A DNA stretch of 24,000 nt, from positions 1-24,000 of the forward strand of contig JAEHKU010000009.1 of NCBI GenBank assembly GCA_016838825.1, written 5' to 3'. A program made the position numbers and the translations under genes. Positions within the stretch are counted from its first letter, which is position 1; each line of letters starts with the position of its first letter. The notes under the pieces were generated by a model. That model was given only the letters and a program-made list of their open reading frames with translations. It had not been told where the DNA came from and ran no database searches. The DNA comes from Nitrosopumilales archaeon. Lineage in GTDB: Archaea > Thermoproteota > Nitrososphaeria > Nitrososphaerales > Nitrosopumilaceae. Shown here in pieces: positions 15,192 through 23,628 of this stretch.

Positions 15192-16580
15192 ATGACTTTT
15201 GATGCAGTAATAGTTGATTCACATGTAGTACTCCCAACTGGAATTGTTGAGAAAAATATCGTTATTGATGACAGTAAAATAGTTCGTTTTACAAATGATC
15301 TTCCCTCATGTGACGTTAAGATAAATGGTAGTAGGTTAGTGTCAATTCCAGGAGTAATTGATCCACATGTACATTATGGGGTTTATTCTCCAATAGAAGA
15401 AGCTGCTTTAACAGAATCACATGTTGCTGCAATGGGTGGGATCACTACAATGATGCGAATGCTTAGGTTAGTTGGTTCATACAAACAATCACTTGATTCT
15501 CATCTACAAGCAAGTTCAAGCTCTCACTATATTGATTATGCAATACATGCATCAGTATTTAACAAACATCAAGCTGATGAGATGAAATTTTGTATAGAAA
15601 AAGGAATTACTTCATTCAAATTGTACATGAATCTTGGAGGCGATGTCGGACATGCGTACATGGACATGGAGCCTGGTAAAAATGCTCTTTGTGATCAACA
15701 AGTAGAAGTAAATCAAGAGATAATTGAACAAGTAGTTACAACTGCTGCATCACATAATTGTCCTGTTATAGTACATGCAGAAGATTACCAAATGTGTTCA
15801 TGTGGAATTAGAGAGGCCAAAGAAAAAAATGAAGATGGCTTGGGCCCTTGGTCAAGAAGCAGATCTATCGAGTCTGAAGTAAAAGCAATAAAAACAATAT
15901 CTAAAATGGCAAAGAAAGTTAATTGCACCTTGTACTTTGCTCACATAGGGTCAAGGGGTGCTATGGACTCAATAAAACAAGAGAAGATGAACGGTTCAAA
16001 AATCTACGTTGAGAGCTGTCCACACTACCTTTCCCTTTCTTATGAGACACAGAAAGGCTATCTAGCTAAGGTTATGCCTCCTGTCAGAACAGATGATGAT
16101 ATGGCTTTCATGTGGAAGGAAATCCAGTCTGGTCAAGTTGATTCTATTGGAACTGATCATGTAGCAAATCGGCTTAAAATGAAACTTGGAGGAGATAATG
16201 TGTGGGATGCTCTCGCTGGATTTCCTGGGTTGGGCACTATGCTTCCAATAATGATTAGTGAAGGTGTAAACAAAAACAAGATCAGTTTAGAACAACTTGT
16301 GCGGCTCACTAGTTTGAATGCCGCTAAGATATTTGGCATGTATCCAAAAAAAGGAACATTATCAGTAGGTTCAGATGCAGATATCACCATGATAGATCTA
16401 AAAAAAGAGCATAAGGTATCAAATGAAATGTTTGGTGGTTTTTCTGATTACGTAGTGTATGATGGTTGGTCACTGAAAGGCTGGCCCGTTAAAACACTAG
16501 TAAGAGGAGAAATTATAGTAGACGATTTTGAAGTAATTGGAAAAAGTGGATATGGCAAATTTGTTAGTAGATCAGTTTAG
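15192..16580 (+). CDS. Cyclic amidohydrolase (dihydropyrimidinase/hydantoinase/dihydroorotase superfamily)
   Basis: Metal motif GVIDPHVHYG, a carbamylated-Lys context ITSFKLYM, then VIVHAED, YFAHIG, VMPPVR and SIGTDHVAN, in the order typical of the hydantoinase/DHOase family. 462 aa. Confidence 0.8.
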   Translation: MTFDAVIVDSHVVLPTGIVEKNIVIDDSKIVRFTNDLPSCDVKINGSRLVSIPGVIDPHVHYGVYSPIEEAALTESHVAAMGGITTMMRMLRLVGSYKQSLDSHLQASSSSHYIDYAIHASVFNKHQADEMKFCIEKGITSFKLYMNLGGDVGHAYMDMEPGKNALCDQQVEVNQEIIEQVVTTAASHNCPVIVHAEDYQMCSCGIREAKEKNEDGLGPWSRSRSIESEVKAIKTISKMAKKVNCTLYFAHIGSRGAMDSIKQEKMNGSKIYVESCPHYLSLSYETQKGYLAKVMPPVRTDDDMAFMWKEIQSGQVDSIGTDHVANRLKMKLGGDNVWDALAGFPGLGTMLPIMISEGVNKNKISLEQLVRLTSLNAAKIFGMYPKKGTLSVGSDADITMIDLKKEHKVSNEMFGGFSDYVVYDGWSLKGWPVKTLVRGEIIVDDFEVIGKSGYGKFVSRSV

Positions 16581-17254
16581 GTTAGAATATCGAACTTACC
16601 ATTTGATTTTGCCTTGTAAATTACATTCGGTTTTCTCGTGAAGATTCCTACTTCGATAACACCAGGAATTTTTATAATTTTATCAACTAGTTTTTTTGGT
16701 TTTAAAATTTTGCCAAAATTACAATCTAAAATTACATTTCCATTTTCTGTTACAAAGGGATAACCTCTCTCCAAAGTACGAATCATTGGCTTACCTCCAA
16801 TTTTTTTAATATGATTAGAAACTATTCTACGTGCAAAAGGAATTACTTCAACAGGAACACTTCGGTTTAATTTTTTTACAAATTTTGTTTGGTCAGCCAT
16901 GATGATTACTTTTTTAGCTAAATTGATCAGAATGTTTTCTCGTAGTAATGCTCCACCCCCGCCCTTGATCATAAATTTTTCTTGATCAATTTGATCTGCA
17001 CCATCAAACACAATATCAATATGTTCTAACTGATCTGCTTCGATTAACGGTATACCACCTTGTTCCGCTTCCATCTTAATTTGTAATGACGTAGGAACAG
17101 CTTTAATGCTAATTCCACTTGTTTGTAGATAAGAGGAAAGCGATTTAACAAAAACAGTTGCTGCTCTACCACTCCCTAAACCTAGCACATATCCATCTTT
17201 TACAAATCTTAATGCATCGTTTGACAATGCCACGATGGCATTATCGAACGTCAA
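16577..17254 (-). CDS. rpiA: Ribose-5-phosphate isomerase A
   Basis: GLGSGRAA, FDGADQID and KGGGGALLREN motifs. TTG start at 17254, preceded by AGAGGT with a 7-nt spacer. It abuts the upstream stop codon with 0 nt between them (TAGTTG). Confidence 0.9.
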   Translation of the reverse strand: MTFDNAIVALSNDALRFVKDGYVLGLGSGRAATVFVKSLSSYLQTSGISIKAVPTSLQIKMEAEQGGIPLIEADQLEHIDIVFDGADQIDQEKFMIKGGGGALLRENILINLAKKVIIMADQTKFVKKLNRSVPVEVIPFARRIVSNHIKKIGGKPMIRTLERGYPFVTENGNVILDCNFGKILKPKKLVDKIIKIPGVIEVGIFTRKPNVIYKAKSNGKFDILT

Positions 17255-18130
17255 CTATTCTACCTCTGCTTGCTCTAACCTTGAAAGGGTTTTTGCTATT
17301 TCATTTTTTATTTTAGTCAGATCATTATCATCGTCTTCGTCCTTATCATCTTCTGGTATGTTTAAGACTGGTTCAGGCTTCCTCTCTACACGTGGTGTAC
17401 TAAAGTTTGGTTTTGGAATTTCTACATCTATTTTTTCTAGAGTTGACTTTCCTATAGTTGATTGAATAATCTCAACTTTTTCTGGATGAATTGGACGTGT
17501 CTGCTCAATTAGTTCTTCTATGATTGGTTTTGTTTCTTTAAACGGAAATTCTGTCATTTTTCTAGGCAGTTCAGTAAGTGTTGTAATTTCAACTGACTTG
17601 TGAGGTTGTGGAGATCTAGGTATGGTAGATGGTTGTTCAAACACGGTTGGTTTCTTTTGGAAGTTACTGTTCACAATTTCTTTTACACCCTCTGTTGCTT
17701 TTACGCGCTTCACCTTAGAGAATTCATTCGTAACCATGATTTTAGAAGAAATTTCATGCAGCCTATTGTCAAGCTTGGATAATCTCTGATCCAATAATGT
17801 TATGAGTCCATCACCGATTGGACCAAGTTCAGGAAATTTATTCGCAACCTCTAACTTTTCGATTTTTGCTATTACTAGTCCCAGTTGATGTTGGTATCGA
17901 ACTAGCAGCTTTTCTCTTTCGATTTCAGGAAATTCAGATTTATTGTCATATAATTGCGAAATTGTCTTTGTGAGAATTTCTTTTTCTATCTTAAGTGATT
18001 CGATTTCATCTTTTATTCTGGAATTTGCATTAAAGCTAAATTCCTTAATCTTTGTCCTTTTTATTTTGCTAATAGCTACTGCTGTACAAACACCTACAAC
18101 TGAACCCAACACTAGAACTATCTCTTGCAT
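17255..18130 (-). CDS. Membrane-anchored coiled-coil protein, unknown function
   Basis: N-terminal TM (IVLVLGSVVGVCTAVAI), heptad-rich K/E/L segments, a P/E/K-rich disordered region and an acidic stretch (EDDKDEDDDND). The ATG at 18130 directly follows the L37e TAA. Confidence 0.7.
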   Translation of the reverse strand: MQEIVLVLGSVVGVCTAVAISKIKRTKIKEFSFNANSRIKDEIESLKIEKEILTKTISQLYDNKSEFPEIEREKLLVRYQHQLGLVIAKIEKLEVANKFPELGPIGDGLITLLDQRLSKLDNRLHEISSKIMVTNEFSKVKRVKATEGVKEIVNSNFQKKPTVFEQPSTIPRSPQPHKSVEITTLTELPRKMTEFPFKETKPIIEELIEQTRPIHPEKVEIIQSTIGKSTLEKIDVEIPKPNFSTPRVERKPEPVLNIPEDDKDEDDDNDLTKIKNEIAKTLSRLEQAEVE

Positions 18131-18298
18131 TTAGGTATACCATTTGATCCAAGTATATTTTCTGATTTTAGCGTCCGGATGACCACAACTGGCACAACGA
18201 CCATGGCGTTTATGAAAAGAATTCTTTCCACATCGTCTACATCGAATGTGAGTGTGCTTTCTAGTATGACCACCCATTGAAGTCGTACCTTTAACCAT
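18131..18298 (-). CDS. rpl37e: 50S ribosomal protein L37e (eL37)
   Basis: Not in the ORF track (55 aa). My translation is [55 protein letters not shown], with the eL37 CxxC...CxxC zinc knuckle. The track ORF 18118..18306 is another frame of the same DNA. Confidence 0.9.
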   Translation of the reverse strand: MVKGTTSMGGHTRKHTHIRCRRCGKNSFHKRHGRCASCGHPDAKIRKYTWIKWYT

Positions 18299-18307
18299 AT
18301 TGCCAAA

Positions 18308-18538
18308 TCACCTAGGCGGAGGAGAAATCATTACTACATTATCTCCTCGTACAACTATTGTTCCAAGACTCTTTGCTTCGCCCTCAGAAGGGATCTCTTC
18401 TGAAGACTCAAGTAGCAGATTCATGTGCTGATCGAAGCCAAGCAGACTGCCTCTGATGGTCTTTCCACCTTTGATCTTTATGAGCACCACTTTGTTAATA
18501 CTCTCGTCCAGTACTTTTACTGCCATATCTACAGACAT
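18308..18538 (-). CDS. Sm-like archaeal protein (SmAP/LSm)
   Basis: Sm1 motif [24 protein letters not shown] and Sm2 motif [13 protein letters not shown]. 76 aa, adjacent to rpl37e as is common in archaea. Confidence 0.9.
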   Translation of the reverse strand: MSVDMAVKVLDESINKVVLIKIKGGKTIRGSLLGFDQHMNLLLESSEEIPSEGEAKSLGTIVVRGDNVVMISPPPR

Positions 18539-18603
18539 TTATTTCACTTATTAGCCAAGCTAACAACGGATTATATTAAAATTTCATTGGTGTAACTTTC
18601 GGG

Positions 18604-19317
18604 TTATGTCTGTAAGGCAACTTTGACTTTTTTTACAAGATTTTGGACAATTTCTACTAAGATTTTCTGACCGTCTTTTTTGGTTGCTTTTCTAGGATCT
18701 CCCCATATTCCGTTCTTAGTTGCGTTAATGAAAGATTTCGTGGCTAATCTTCTGATCCTAGTCTCTTCTTTTGGTGACATTCCCTCAATAACTAGGCCTT
18801 TTGTAGCGCGGCTCATTTTGACTTTATTTGATATTGCTAGCATGATTGATGTCTCTACGAATCCTGCATGGTCAAATTCTCTTTTCATAAAATTCCAATA
18901 TGAGAAAATTAAGACTCGAACATTTCTCTTCGATATCTTTAGTACTTTTTTTGGAACATGAACTAGTGAATGTTGGTTTCCATGATGACCATTAAGAATT
19001 ATGATATCGTTGATTCCATTCTTCTGCAAAGAAATACAGATATCTACTAGAATTTTTTCCAGCGTAGATTCTGTTATACTGACATTAAAGAAAGGAGAAT
19101 GTTCGAACGAAACGCCATAATTTATGGTAGGCATGAGTAAACAATTAGTCTTTTTTGACACTTGATTTGCGATTTCAGATACAATATCTGAATCGGTTGA
19201 AATTGGTAAATGCGGTCCATGTTGTTCGATGGAACCAACTGGAATCAACACAACTTGCTTCTTGTTCTTGATTATTTTCCTTAGGGAAGGATCATTGAGT
19301 TCCTTTATCTCAGTCAT
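18604..19317 (-). CDS. Creatininase-family amidohydrolase (creatinine amidohydrolase/ArfB-like)
   Basis: VLIPVGSIEQHGPHLPISTDSDI and ILNGHHGN are signatures of the creatininase fold. 237 aa. Confidence 0.85.
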   Translation of the reverse strand: MTEIKELNDPSLRKIIKNKKQVVLIPVGSIEQHGPHLPISTDSDIVSEIANQVSKKTNCLLMPTINYGVSFEHSPFFNVSITESTLEKILVDICISLQKNGINDIIILNGHHGNQHSLVHVPKKVLKISKRNVRVLIFSYWNFMKREFDHAGFVETSIMLAISNKVKMSRATKGLVIEGMSPKEETRIRRLATKSFINATKNGIWGDPRKATKKDGQKILVEIVQNLVKKVKVALQT

Positions 19318-20171
19318 GATCGACGTTTACTTTTAAAATGAACTTTTCCCCAATAAACTTCCAACATGCCTTCCAAATGCATTTTTACCGCTTTTAGTAA
19401 GGTTTTTGCTTCCATTCTTTGACCTTTTCTTTTTATTGACTCGACAGTATCATTTGGACCAATCGTGAAGGCATTTTGAAAAATTATTGGTCCCTGATCT
19501 AAATCCTCAGTAACGTAATGTGCAGTTACTCCAACAACCTTTGCACCTCTTTCGTATGCTTGTACATAAGCAAGCGCCCCTGGAAATGCTGGCAAAAGAG
19601 ACGGGTGAATGTTGATTATTCTTCCAGGATATCTCCAGACAAAGTTCGGTGTTAAAATTCGCATGTATCTGGCTAAAACTATCAGATCAATATCATATTT
19701 TTTTATGATACTAAGCATTTTTTTCTCTGCTTTAGGCTGTTCACTATCTTTGGTCAAGAAAAATGGGATTTTAGTTCTTCTTGCAATAGGAGCAAGTGTA
19801 TTTTCTGTTCCTATTATAACACTAATAGTACCTTTTAATTTGCCATGGGAACTAGATTCTAAAATTTCATTTAGACAATGAGGTTCCTTTGTAACAAGAA
19901 TTGCAATTCTTTTTTTCAGATTTGATTGATGATGTGTATTAACTTCCATTCGCAGTTTTTTAGCTAAACTTTGAATTTGATTATCAAATGTCTTTACATT
20001 AATTTTGTGTGTAAACGAGGCTTGAAGGTACATACCAAACAAACCTTTGACAACATTCTGATTTACTCTCTCAATATTTCCTTTGTTTTGAAAAATAAAA
20101 TTAGTAAAACCAGCAACTACACCTTCACGATCTTTTCCTATAACAGTAATTTCTACAGTAATTTTTCTCAT
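19314..20171 (-). CDS. purU: Formyltetrahydrofolate deformylase
   Basis: N-terminal ACT domain (VIGKDREGVVAGFTNFIF) plus a formyltransferase core (LIVLARYMRILTP, INIHPSLLPAFPG, GVTAHYVTEDLDQGPII). Its stop overlaps the next start (ATGA). Confidence 0.9.
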   Translation of the reverse strand: MRKITVEITVIGKDREGVVAGFTNFIFQNKGNIERVNQNVVKGLFGMYLQASFTHKINVKTFDNQIQSLAKKLRMEVNTHHQSNLKKRIAILVTKEPHCLNEILESSSHGKLKGTISVIIGTENTLAPIARRTKIPFFLTKDSEQPKAEKKMLSIIKKYDIDLIVLARYMRILTPNFVWRYPGRIINIHPSLLPAFPGALAYVQAYERGAKVVGVTAHYVTEDLDQGPIIFQNAFTIGPNDTVESIKRKGQRMEAKTLLKAVKMHLEGMLEVYWGKVHFKSKRRS

Positions 20172-20254
20172 TTCTAATTCAGTGACAAATCATGTTCTGT
20201 TAGTTCTTAAATAACTATTCGAAATTTTCTACAAAATTGTTTCAGATAATTTAA

Positions 20255-20339
20255 TGCGGGAGGTGGGATTTGAACCCACGAACTCCTAAAAGACAGGGTC
20301 CTAAGCCCTGCGCCGTTGGCCGGGCTTGGCAACTCCCGC
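20255..20339 (-). tRNA. tRNA-Leu (anticodon UAG)
   Basis: The reverse complement has acceptor GCGGGAG/CUCCCGC, anticodon stem CAGGG/CCCUG with loop CUUAGGA, a long variable arm, and T-arm GUGGG-UUCAAAU-CCCAC with discriminator A. It is 85 nt, with no intron and no CCA. Confidence 0.9.
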
Positions 20340-20439
20340 ATCCACAATCCCATTAAAGACAAACTTAATGGTTATCATTAGAAAGCTAACCAAGAATAGT
20401 CTACGAAGGTAAATCTATCCTGTTTCGTAATAACAAGGA

Positions 20440-20898
20440 TTATTGTTTGTTGGAATCTTTATACAATCTAGTAATCTTGATAAGTAAATTTAGAACGATC
20501 ATATAAACAGCAATTGCAATAACTTGACTTACTACTGATGCTAAGTACGGATCATAATCTATTGTAAGGTAATAATATTGAGTCAGCCACCTTACTATTG
20601 TATAAGCAACCTCTGCTATGCCTAGTGACGAGAAAATCTTTATCAAATCTACCTTGAGAAGTGGCCAATCTGTTTTGCCTGATTCTAGCTTGTACTTTTT
20701 GCGACTGTCATAATATAATAGAAAACCAAGTACAGAGAAGAATGTTGCATAGTCTGCCATAAGAGTGAAAGTTGTATTCAGGTAGTCCAGTTGTTCTGCA
20801 AGCAGTTGTGCAACTATAGCTGAAACTATAATATCTACGGCAAAAGCAATGAAAACATTCCTGTTTAATTTTAGATATTCTTTGTATTTTTGTTTCAC
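20440..20898 (-). CDS. Membrane protein (about 4 TM), unknown function
   Basis: 152 aa with a GTG start and four hydrophobic helices. I recognise no motif. Confidence 0.6.
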   Translation of the reverse strand: MKQKYKEYLKLNRNVFIAFAVDIIVSAIVAQLLAEQLDYLNTTFTLMADYATFFSVLGFLLYYDSRKKYKLESGKTDWPLLKVDLIKIFSSLGIAEVAYTIVRWLTQYYYLTIDYDPYLASVVSQVIAIAVYMIVLNLLIKITRLYKDSNKQ

Positions 20899-20996
20899 GA
20901 GTCTATTAGATCATAAATGTATTAACATTTGTAGCATTAGTTTGTCATCTAAGGATTAACTAGCAAAACGGTCCAAACGGACAAATTTATCTATTA

Positions 20997-22358
20997 TTGA
21001 CAGAATCTACGTTGGCAAAACTATTTGGTACAAATGGAATTCGAGGAAAATTTGGTGAGGATTTTACTTTAGATTTTGTATCAGATGTTTGTTTGTCTTT
21101 AGCTTCATTTTTCAACAAAGGGCCTATTCTTGTAGGGTATGATGGTAGAGAATCAAGCCCAATAATTGCAAAGATAGTATGCTCTTCCATTAATTCGGTT
21201 GGTATTGATTGTCATATTACAGGACTAGTTCCAACACCTTGTCTAGAATATGCCACAAAAAACCTTAGCTATGCAGGTGGAATTATGATTACTGCATCAC
21301 ACAATCCCTCTGAATATAATGGAATAAAACCTGTTTTTCATGATGGTGTAGAAATTTCAAGGAAGGATGAGCTTTTAGTTGAGGACATTTTCTTTAAGAA
21401 AAATTGGATATCTAATAATAAATTTGGACACACAAAAAAAGAAGAAAGAGCGATCGAGACTTACATAAATGATATTGTGTCAAAGGTTGATCCAGAAAAA
21501 ATTAGATCACAAAAATTCAAAGTCGTTTTAGACTTGGGAAATGGAGCTCAAGCTGTTACAGCCCCCAAACTATGTCAAAAACTTGGCTGCGAGATTGTTA
21601 CTCTAAATGAAGAGATTGATGGTACTTTTCCTGGAAGGGGACCTGAACCGCTTCCTGAAAATTTGCAAGATCTTTCGGACAAAGTTATGGAATCAAAGGC
21701 TGATTTTGGAGTTGCCTTTGATGGTGATGGTGATAGAACTATATTTTGTGATAACAACGGAAACATATTATCGGGCGATAAGTCTGCACTTCTTTTATCT
21801 AAGTATATTCTAGAGAAAAATCCAAAATCAAAGATAGTCACTTGTCTTAACTCTGCATCAACTATTGAAAAAATTGCTGAAAAAAACTCTTCTACAGTAA
21901 TACGTACCAAAGTAGGAAGTGTTGAAGTTTCTCGTGAGATGGCTCTAACAAATGCTATAATTGGATTTGAGGAAAATGGAGGTTTCATGTATGGACTCCA
22001 TAACTACGTGCGAGATGGTGCAATGACAACTGCACTGATGTTAGATTTACTTGCAAATTCTACCCTTAATTTGTCTGATGAAGTTGCAACTTTGCCCAAA
22101 ACATTCACAAAAAAAGATAAGGTACAATGTACGAAAGAAGAGTCTTCTAAAATAATTGATACGCTGAAAAAAACGAACTATAGAGTAGATGAAACAGATG
22201 GTGTCAAAATAATTTTCAATGAATCAAACTGGGTAATGGTTAGGCAAAGTGGAACTGAACCTATAATCAGAATTTATGCAGAATCGGATTCTCAGGAAAA
22301 ACTTGATGACCTACTAACAGAATACAAAGAAAAAATAAAATCAATTCTTTGCCGATAA
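20997..22358 (+). CDS. glmM: Phosphohexomutase (phosphoglucosamine mutase / phosphomannomutase family)
   Basis: FGTNGIRGKF, active-site Ser loop ITASHNPSEYNGIK, metal loop FDGDGDR, sugar loop EENGG, and phosphate loop RQSGTEPIIRIYAE. There is no in-frame ATG before the conserved N-terminus. TTG at 20997 gives the longest ORF, and TTG at 21012 (MAKLFGTNGIRG) is the alternative. Confidence 0.9.
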   Translation: MTESTLAKLFGTNGIRGKFGEDFTLDFVSDVCLSLASFFNKGPILVGYDGRESSPIIAKIVCSSINSVGIDCHITGLVPTPCLEYATKNLSYAGGIMITASHNPSEYNGIKPVFHDGVEISRKDELLVEDIFFKKNWISNNKFGHTKKEERAIETYINDIVSKVDPEKIRSQKFKVVLDLGNGAQAVTAPKLCQKLGCEIVTLNEEIDGTFPGRGPEPLPENLQDLSDKVMESKADFGVAFDGDGDRTIFCDNNGNILSGDKSALLLSKYILEKNPKSKIVTCLNSASTIEKIAEKNSSTVIRTKVGSVEVSREMALTNAIIGFEENGGFMYGLHNYVRDGAMTTALMLDLLANSTLNLSDEVATLPKTFTKKDKVQCTKEESSKIIDTLKKTNYRVDETDGVKIIFNESNWVMVRQSGTEPIIRIYAESDSQEKLDDLLTEYKEKIKSILCR

Positions 22359-22408
22359 CACTTTTAAAACCAATAGCAAGCATTCATCAAATGGAAATGA
22401 TCCCTTTA

Positions 22409-22414
22409 GGTGAT
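22409..22414 (+). promoter_or_regulatory. Shine-Dalgarno-like GGTGAT upstream of rpl7ae
   Basis: tAGGTGATacgtGTG is complementary to the conserved archaeal 16S 3' tail (GAUCACCUCC). It lies 4 nt before GTG 22419. Confidence 0.4.
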
Positions 22415-22418
22415 ACGT

Positions 22419-22805
22419 GTGGCTAAACCATTTTATGTGAAATTTGACATACCTCAAGATCTAATTAATCCGATTCTTGAAGCGTTGAGAGTTGCACAAC
22501 AAAGTGGCAAAGTAAAAAAAGGTACTAACGAAGCTACCAAGGCAATAGAACGTGGAACTTCTAAGCTTATTGTGATAGCAGAAGATGTAGAACCACCAGA
22601 AGTTGTTGCACATTTACCAATTCTTTGTGAAGAACGAAATACAGCCTATGCATTTGTTCCAAACAAACAAGAACTAGGAAAATCACTTGGAATAGAAGTA
22701 ACTTCCGCAGCTGCAGCAATTATTGATCCAGGGGATGCTAAGAATATTATTGATGAAATAATTGAAGCAATCTCCAAAATTAAAGGTGAACAATCTAAGC
22801 AATGA
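22419..22805 (+). CDS. rpl7ae: 50S ribosomal protein L7Ae
   Basis: [13 protein letters not shown] and [43 protein letters not shown]. The track starts at GTG 22410. GTG 22419 gives MAKPFYVKF and the better SD spacing. Confidence 0.9.
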   Translation: MAKPFYVKFDIPQDLINPILEALRVAQQSGKVKKGTNEATKAIERGTSKLIVIAEDVEPPEVVAHLPILCEERNTAYAFVPNKQELGKSLGIEVTSAAAAIIDPGDAKNIIDEIIEAISKIKGEQSKQ

Positions 22806-23008
22806 ATAAACAAGAACTAACGCCAGCTGAGATTATTCAAATAGTGGGAAGAACTGGCATTGCTGGGGAAGTAATCCAAGTTCGAGTTAAGATACTGGAA
22901 GGAAAAGATAAAGGAAGAATTCTAACTAGAAATGTTAAGGGCTCAGTTAGGATGTCTGACATGTTGATGCTTCGAGAAACAGAACGCGAAGCAAAGAAGA
23001 TAAGGTGA
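22802..23008 (+). CDS. rps28e: 30S ribosomal protein S28e
   Basis: [60 protein letters not shown]. The ATG overlaps the L7Ae stop (ATGA). Confidence 0.95.
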   Translation: MNKQELTPAEIIQIVGRTGIAGEVIQVRVKILEGKDKGRILTRNVKGSVRMSDMLMLRETEREAKKIR

Positions 23009-23009
23009 T
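23004..23009 (+). promoter_or_regulatory. Shine-Dalgarno-like GGTGAT upstream of rpl24e, overlapping the rps28e stop
   Basis: aaGGTGATtgcaaaTTG has a 6-nt spacer to TTG 23016. Confidence 0.45.
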
Positions 23010-23015
23010 TGCAAA

Positions 23016-23219
23016 TTGAGCGTACTTGTAAAGCCATGTAGCTTTTGTAATCGTGCTGTCGCAAAGGGTTCTGGAACTATGCTTGTGAAAAATGATGGTA
23101 CTGTTTTATGGTTTTGTTCTTCGAAATGCAAAAAAAACATGCTTGTGCTTAAACGAGATCCACGAAAGCTAAAATGGACAAAAAAATTCGTAAAGGGCGG
23201 AATTAAAGTCAAAAAGTAA
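23016..23219 (+). CDS. rpl24e: 50S ribosomal protein L24e
   Basis: [34 protein letters not shown] zinc-finger core and [15 protein letters not shown] start, with no in-frame ATG upstream of the first Cys. Confidence 0.9.
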   Translation: MSVLVKPCSFCNRAVAKGSGTMLVKNDGTVLWFCSSKCKKNMLVLKRDPRKLKWTKKFVKGGIKVKK

Positions 23220-23220
23220 G

Positions 23221-23622
23221 TTGACCCAACAATCCCTTTTTATCATAAAACCAGATGGGGTAGAAAGAAAATTAGTAGGAAATATTATTGCTAGATTTGA
23301 AAAAAAAGGTTTTAAAATTGTAAAACTCAAAATGTTAACTTTTACAAAAGAAATGGCAGAAGAGTTTTATTTAGAACATAAATCAAAACCATTTTTTGCA
23401 GAACTTGTTTCTTTTATCATATCAGGGAAAGTTGTTGCTGCTGTGATTGAGGGCAATAATGTAATCTCAACAACCAGAGAAATGGTTGGCACCACCAAGT
23501 CATTTGAGGCAGCACCTGGCTCTATTAGAGGAGATTATGGTCTGGGTGTGACAAATAACATAATTCATGCTTCAGATTCAACGGAAAGTTTTGAAAGGGA
23601 AGTGAATATAGTATTCAAGTGA
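23221..23622 (+). CDS. ndk: Nucleoside diphosphate kinase
   Basis: FIIKPDGVERKLVGNIIARFEKKGFKIV, GSIRGDYG and NIIHASDS (catalytic His). TTG start. Confidence 0.95.
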   Translation: MTQQSLFIIKPDGVERKLVGNIIARFEKKGFKIVKLKMLTFTKEMAEEFYLEHKSKPFFAELVSFIISGKVVAAVIEGNNVISTTREMVGTTKSFEAAPGSIRGDYGLGVTNNIIHASDSTESFEREVNIVFK

Positions 23623-23628
23623 ATAGAC

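Noticed and set aside
18118-18306. Track ORF of 62 aa on the minus strand.
   Set aside because: It is a frame artefact. The same DNA in another frame encodes a textbook ribosomal protein L37e (18131..18298).
20971-20983. Short inverted repeat GTCCaaacGGAC upstream of the phosphohexomutase gene; considered as an operator.
   Set aside because: The stem is only 4 bp, which is expected by chance in a 100-nt spacer.
21575-21988. A 137-aa antisense ORF inside the phosphohexomutase gene, and similar antisense or alternate-frame ORFs in the track (e.g. 499..714, 3325..3591, 4109..4342, 4824..5123, 5100..5336, 5532..5714, 6144..6419, 7625..7906, 8139..8501, 8520..8726, 8972..9495, 9885..10085, 10917..11123, 11952..12170, 13572..13781, 16157..16390, 17235..17465, 17600..17782, 17943..18134, 18680..18961, 19609..19881, 19971..20177, 20987..21190, 21607..21813, 22837..23212).
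   Set aside because: All lie within or opposite strongly supported conserved genes. They have no motifs and show biased, low-complexity composition typical of shadow ORFs.
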